Source: Promethearchaeia archaeon (GTDB taxonomy: Archaea; Asgardarchaeota; Lokiarchaeia; Sigyniarchaeales; SOKP01). Taken from it: a stretch of DNA of 30,965 nucleotides. The stretch lies in contig JAHQWJ010000083.1 in assembly GCA_029856125.1 (NCBI GenBank), positions 1-30,965 on the forward strand, in the 5' to 3' direction. A model generated the notes under the pieces. It was not told where the DNA came from and searched no databases. It saw only the letters and a program-made list of their open reading frames with translations. Every line of letters starts with the position of its first letter. Positions within the stretch are counted from its first letter, which is position 1. Below, piece by piece: positions 26,756 through 30,965 of the stretch. Position numbers and translations under genes: made by a program.

Positions 26756-28249
26756 ATGAGTTCTAAGCTTAAAATTACAAAGGAAGGCTTAAAAGATATA
26801 GCCGTGACAGTAGATTCGTATAGAATCCGCGTGTTAATTGACGCTAAACAAGAAATACTGAATTCTGGCGTCTACGACGAAGAACAATACCATGAAATTT
26901 TATTTAAAATGTTTGATGAGGAGCTTATTAAATTTAAGCTCTACAATTTTCTAACTCGTAAAAAATCTAACGATTTTAAGGCATTAACAAAATTTTCGAA
27001 CGAAAATTCTATAGAAATAACTAAAACATTGAGTCTGTTGGAGTTATTGAAAAATGAAAATCTGATTGCGGTGAACGAAATCTATGACGAAGTTGAAGGA
27101 GATGAAAACACTCCTGCTTTGACTACTTTTAAGGACTTTGACATTAAAAGCTTCGATGTTAATCCTTCAAAAGTAAAATCAATTTATGAACCCGTTGAAA
27201 TTATTTTTGAAACTCATAACTGTTCTGGATGTGGTTTATGCGTTGGTATTTGCCCTGTAAATTGTTTAGAGGTTTACAATGGTTTTGGAAAAATAGATGA
27301 AGAAAAATGCATAAGATGTGGCCTCTGTTATTATGTTTGTCCACGCAGTTATTTGCCTGTAAGTGTTTTAAACATGGTTCAAGAAGGAACCTCGGAGATT
27401 AAAACTTATTCCAAAGTAGGACAATATTTAGAAGCGTACTCAGCAAGGACCAAAATTGATGAAATTGCCAAATCCTGCCAAGATGGAGGAATAACAAGCA
27501 CTTGTTTGCATTACTTATTTGACGCTAAAATTATTGATATAGCATTAGGCGCTAAAATGAGTAAAACTCCGTGGAGACCTGAACCAATAATCCTAGAGAA
27601 TAAAGATGACATTCTTCTATCCACCGGAACTAAATATGTAAACAACCCCAATTTAAAAAGTTTAAGTGAATTTAATAAGAGAAAAGCTAATATTGCGGTG
27701 GTTGGAGTTCCTTGCATGATGCAAGCTTTACTCAAAGCAGATATCTACAACATTAACATTCCCGCATTAAATCAAATAAAATATCGCATCGGTATTTTTT
27801 GTATGGAATCATTCTCTTACGAATCTCTGCTTAAGATTTGCGAACTTCTAAATGTTGACGTCAGTAATGTAAAGAAAACAGATATAAATAAAGGGAAGTT
27901 CTTTGTGTATACTAAGTCGAATGACGAATTAACCATACCGATTAAAGAGATTGGACATCTAGCCCGAGAAGATTGCGAAGTATGCTTTGACCTAACTTCT
28001 GAATCCGCTGACATTTCAATTGGTTCTATAGGGTCACCTTCGGGATGGAATACCGTTCTTATCAGAACTGAAGTTGGAAAGGATCTCTATCACAAACTAA
28101 TCGAAAACGATTTAATTGAATCAAAAGAACTTTCTGAAGTTAAACCAGGATTACCACTCCTTGAAAAAATCGCTAAAATAAAAAAAAATAAATGTAAGAA
28201 GCATATCGATAAAAAAAAAGAAGAAAATCTAAGATTCCCTCGATATTAA
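26756..28249 (+). CDS. Coenzyme F420 hydrogenase/dehydrogenase beta subunit (FrhB/FdhB family) with 2x[4Fe-4S] and an N-terminal extension
   Basis: CSGCGLCVGICP, CIRCGLCYYVCPR, QDGGITST, GTKY, VVGVPC, IGIFCMESF, CEVCFDLTSESADISIGSIGSPSGW. Confidence 0.88.
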   Translation: MSSKLKITKEGLKDIAVTVDSYRIRVLIDAKQEILNSGVYDEEQYHEILFKMFDEELIKFKLYNFLTRKKSNDFKALTKFSNENSIEITKTLSLLELLKNENLIAVNEIYDEVEGDENTPALTTFKDFDIKSFDVNPSKVKSIYEPVEIIFETHNCSGCGLCVGICPVNCLEVYNGFGKIDEEKCIRCGLCYYVCPRSYLPVSVLNMVQEGTSEIKTYSKVGQYLEAYSARTKIDEIAKSCQDGGITSTCLHYLFDAKIIDIALGAKMSKTPWRPEPIILENKDDILLSTGTKYVNNPNLKSLSEFNKRKANIAVVGVPCMMQALLKADIYNINIPALNQIKYRIGIFCMESFSYESLLKICELLNVDVSNVKKTDINKGKFFVYTKSNDELTIPIKEIGHLAREDCEVCFDLTSESADISIGSIGSPSGWNTVLIRTEVGKDLYHKLIENDLIESKELSEVKPGLPLLEKIAKIKKNKCKKHIDKKKEENLRFPRY

Positions 28250-28364
28250 ATAATAAAATTCCTCTCTCTTTTTCTCAATTAAACCTTCTTTCGTTCTAAA
28301 CCAAAAAATTAATATTAAATTTCATATTAAGAATTATAAGAATAAGAAACATAATATCGTTAAA

Positions 28365-28844
28365 ATGAGCTTAACTACTAGACCAAGCAACTTTCGGGAA
28401 AAAGTATTTTTTCGAAAACTCCGATCCCAAGTTGATGGAAACGCAAAAATCGAATACGGATTAACTCAAATAAGAGGAGTCGGAAGGAGATTCGCTCAAG
28501 CAATCGTAAGGGTAGCAAAAATCGACCATAATTTAAGGATTGGTGCCATTCCCGAAAAGGATCTAAATAGAATTGAAGAAATTATAATAGCTCCTATTAC
28601 GAACGGCATCCCAGCTTGGATGGTAAATCGTAAAAAAGACTTAGTTACCGGGGAGGACTTACACATAATCGGAAATCGACTCGAATTATCAGTAAGACGA
28701 GATATCGATAGAATGAAACGCATTAGAAGCTATAAAGGCGTTAGACACAACCGAGGTCTAAAAGTTCGAGGCCAAAGAACCAAAAGCACTGGACGACACG
28801 GATTAGTCGTTGGTGTTATAAGAAAGAAGAAAGGACAGCCATAA
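28365..28844 (+). CDS. rps13: 30S ribosomal protein uS13
   Basis: GLTQIRGVGRRFA, WMVNRKKDLVTGEDLH, SYKGVRHNRGLKVRGQRTKSTGR. Confidence 0.97.
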   Translation: MSLTTRPSNFREKVFFRKLRSQVDGNAKIEYGLTQIRGVGRRFAQAIVRVAKIDHNLRIGAIPEKDLNRIEEIIIAPITNGIPAWMVNRKKDLVTGEDLHIIGNRLELSVRRDIDRMKRIRSYKGVRHNRGLKVRGQRTKSTGRHGLVVGVIRKKKGQP

Positions 28845-28860
28845 GATAAGGTGATTTGAA

Positions 28861-29364
28861 ATCGGAGATCCAAGAAGGTTAAAGAAAAAATTTAAAAAAC
28901 CGAAACGCCCCTTTGAAAAAGAAAGACAAGCCGAAGAACTCGAGTTTCTAGGAAAATTCGGCCTTAGAAACAAACGTGAATTCTGGAAAATGCGTACCAC
29001 GCTCGGTAATTGGAGGAGTCTGGCTAGACAGTCCAGAACAATGCCTCAAGAAAGAGCTGCTGAAGTTCAGCAAACTTTAATCAATAAATTAGTTAAACTC
29101 GGAGTTTTAGGTCCTGACGCTCAATTCGAAGATGTATTACTACTCACCGTTGAAGACATACTAAGAAGAAGACTACAAACGCTTGTTTTTGAGAAAGGTT
29201 ACGCTAAAACTATCTATGAAGCACGACAATTCGTTGTTCACGGCCACATTCAAGTAGCTGGCAAAAAAATTAACGCTCCTTCTTATATTGTTAAAAAAGC
29301 GGAAGAAGATATGATAGGATACGCTCCTAGCAGTCCACTCTCCGCAATTAAGGAATCCACTTAA
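28861..29364 (+). CDS. rps4: 30S ribosomal protein uS4, apparent ATC start (167 aa)
   Basis: ATC GGA GAT CCA gives (M)GDPRRLKKKFKKPKRPF...FGLRNKREFW, matching the archaeal uS4 N-terminus MGDP. Also RRLQT and ARQFVVHGHI. SD AGGTGAT at 28849-28855. Confidence 0.95.
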   Translation: MGDPRRLKKKFKKPKRPFEKERQAEELEFLGKFGLRNKREFWKMRTTLGNWRSLARQSRTMPQERAAEVQQTLINKLVKLGVLGPDAQFEDVLLLTVEDILRRRLQTLVFEKGYAKTIYEARQFVVHGHIQVAGKKINAPSYIVKKAEEDMIGYAPSSPLSAIKEST

Positions 29365-29376
29365 TAGGTATTTATT

Positions 29377-29772
29377 ATGAGTAAAGTAGAAGATAAATGG
29401 GCAATCGTTCACATCTTTAGCAGTTACAACAATACAATTGTCACCGCTACAGATTTAAGCGGTGCCGAAACGTTCGCTAAATGCACGGGCGGTATGGTCG
29501 TAAAAGCTGACCGAGACGAATCTAACCCTTATGCTGCAATGCAATGTGGTTTTCGCGTGGCGAACGGATTAAAAGATAAAGGCGTAAGAGGCATTCACAT
29601 CAAGGTTCGAGCACCTGGTGGGAACAAAAGCCAAACTCCCGGTCCAGGGGCTCAAGCATGCATCAGAGCACTTGCTCGATCGGGACTCCGAGTGGGCCGA
29701 ATCGAAGAAGTAACCCCAAAATCGCACGACCATTGTAGAAGGAAGGGGGGCCACAGAGGCCGCAGAGTTTAA
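29377..29772 (+). CDS. rps11: 30S ribosomal protein uS11
   Basis: [42 protein letters not shown]. Confidence 0.97.
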   Translation: MSKVEDKWAIVHIFSSYNNTIVTATDLSGAETFAKCTGGMVVKADRDESNPYAAMQCGFRVANGLKDKGVRGIHIKVRAPGGNKSQTPGPGAQACIRALARSGLRVGRIEEVTPKSHDHCRRKGGHRGRRV

Positions 29773-30068
29773 TTTCCTCTTCTAATTCGCCAAACTGGCA
29801 GAGTTATTTCTTAGAAATCTTTTTTCCTTTATTGAAATACTTCTTTTCAAATTTTTCTTTTTGTTCATAGTACATATTGATGTAATCGTGTTGCCATCTA
29901 TTTTCTGAGCTTCCATGTGCTCATTTCAGATAATATTAAGAAAAAAAAAGGATAGAAAGGAGGATTATTGGTTTAGTAGAACCTTCATCTGGAAGTAATC
30001 TATCTAACCCAACTCCTCCATATTCTATATGCTGATTTAAAATTAAAACAATCTCTCCTTAAAGCCCT

Positions 30069-30755
30069 CTACTCAATGATTACACTTTCAACAGGCCACA
30101 CAAAATCTCCAATATCTGGGTCAAAAATTCCAATTTGATTTACTTTAACTGTCCCTTCTCCGCCTTCAGTTATATAACCCTGCCCTACAAAATGCATATA
30201 AGTTATTTCAGGTAATGGTTCTTCTGGATAAGGCCAAAAACCGATGGCCGCACCAAATATCATAAAGAGTGATGGTATCTTTCCTGAAGTTTCTAATATA
30301 TTATATAAAGATTCTGTATTGAAAAGCATTCTACATTGGAATCTGTATTTCATCATACCATAATAAATTGGAGGATCATATATATAACCTTCTGCAAAGC
30401 TGAAAATCATAAAGGGAACTTCTCTTACATTTATATGTATTGTGATTAATGTATGTTCCTCATCTATAACTCGTTCCTGAATAAAACCTTTATATTCGCA
30501 CTCCCACACGGTTTTATTTTCCCAATATGCAAAATTAAATGGCAAATTCTCCATATCCCATTCAACGGCATGAGGGTGGATAACTAACCCAGAAACGGGA
30601 TCAGCCCACCCTATAGTTCCTTCTCCCGCCCAATCCTCTATTGGCCTTTTTGTTGATTTAGCTTGAACTGAAGTGGAAAATACAAGAAGTAAAATTCCGA
30701 TAGTTCCGACAGTCATCAAGTTTTTTACTAATTTTGTTCTGTTAATTTTTATCAA
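30069..30755 (-). CDS. Hypothetical secreted / membrane-anchored protein
   Basis: Basic N-terminus, then hydrophobic VGTIGILLLVFSTSVQA with a signal-peptidase-like end; start uncertain (TTG at 30755 or an internal ATG). Confidence 0.65.
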   Translation of the reverse strand: MIKINRTKLVKNLMTVGTIGILLLVFSTSVQAKSTKRPIEDWAGEGTIGWADPVSGLVIHPHAVEWDMENLPFNFAYWENKTVWECEYKGFIQERVIDEEHTLITIHINVREVPFMIFSFAEGYIYDPPIYYGMMKYRFQCRMLFNTESLYNILETSGKIPSLFMIFGAAIGFWPYPEEPLPEITYMHFVGQGYITEGGEGTVKVNQIGIFDPDIGDFVWPVESVIIE

Positions 30756-30965
30756 CTCTGTTTTTTTATTTTAAATTTATCATCTATACGATGATCAATT
30801 GAATATGGAGATAAAATTTCATTTATAGTTGAGCTTCTGATAGTTTCACGATAGTTTCAATTATTTATGTAAGTTTTATGAAATAGATATATCCAATTTA
30901 AATTTTTCAAAACAAAATAGAGAGAATCTTTTTTTACTGATACCTGCAACGCATTTTCCTAATTT

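Noticed and set aside
192-29754. Short antisense or overlapping ORFs in the track (for example 192..434, 4212..4529, 6115..6405, 17154..17381, 22537..22923, 24844..25161, 28803..29000, 29569..29754)
   Set aside because: They are shadows of well-supported genes on the opposite strand or frame and carry no motifs.
29800-30050. Possible small gene or pseudogene remnant on the minus strand (fragments such as HGSSENRWQHDYINMYYEQKEKFEKKYF)
   Set aside because: Short frames broken by stops and a poly-T run, with no recognisable family, so it cannot be supported without a search.
1-30965. CRISPR array, IS/transposase, integrase, rRNA or tRNA genes
   Set aside because: No regularly spaced repeats, mobile-element ORFs or canonical structural RNA signatures were seen by eye.

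Overview
AT-rich archaeal window that reads as Asgard/Lokiarchaeia-like. This assignment is an inference from gene content: archaeal uS13/uS4/uS11, Alba, a histone with a short Lys-rich N-terminal tail, a Rab-like small GTPase, and UGA-containing HdrA and MvhD. The left half is metabolic: two GPH-type MFS transporters, an ADP-forming acyl-CoA synthetase alpha subunit, a beta-hydroxyacid dehydrogenase, a cold-shock-domain/DEAD-box helicase fusion, an aminotransferase, an Fe-S protein, a GH2 glycosidase, an MtaA/UroD-like protein, ThpR, a HAD hydrolase and a HIT protein. The right half carries Alba, histone, TrmB, the GTPase, CofC, SerRS, an hdrA-mvhD-frhB-like cluster and rps13-rps4-rps11. The main finding is that the histone gene is interrupted by a 30-nt, stop-containing hairpin (17966-17995, minus strand) with bulge-helix-bulge/loop geometry. 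Removing it at the canonical archaeal splicing-endonuclease cut sites restores a complete 76-aa histone fold, which makes it a candidate tRNA-type intron in an archaeal histone mRNA. The ORF track also misses or fragments several genes: HdrA (3 in-frame UGA at Cys positions), MvhD (2 UGA), rps4 (apparent ATC start) and the GTPase (apparent ATT start).
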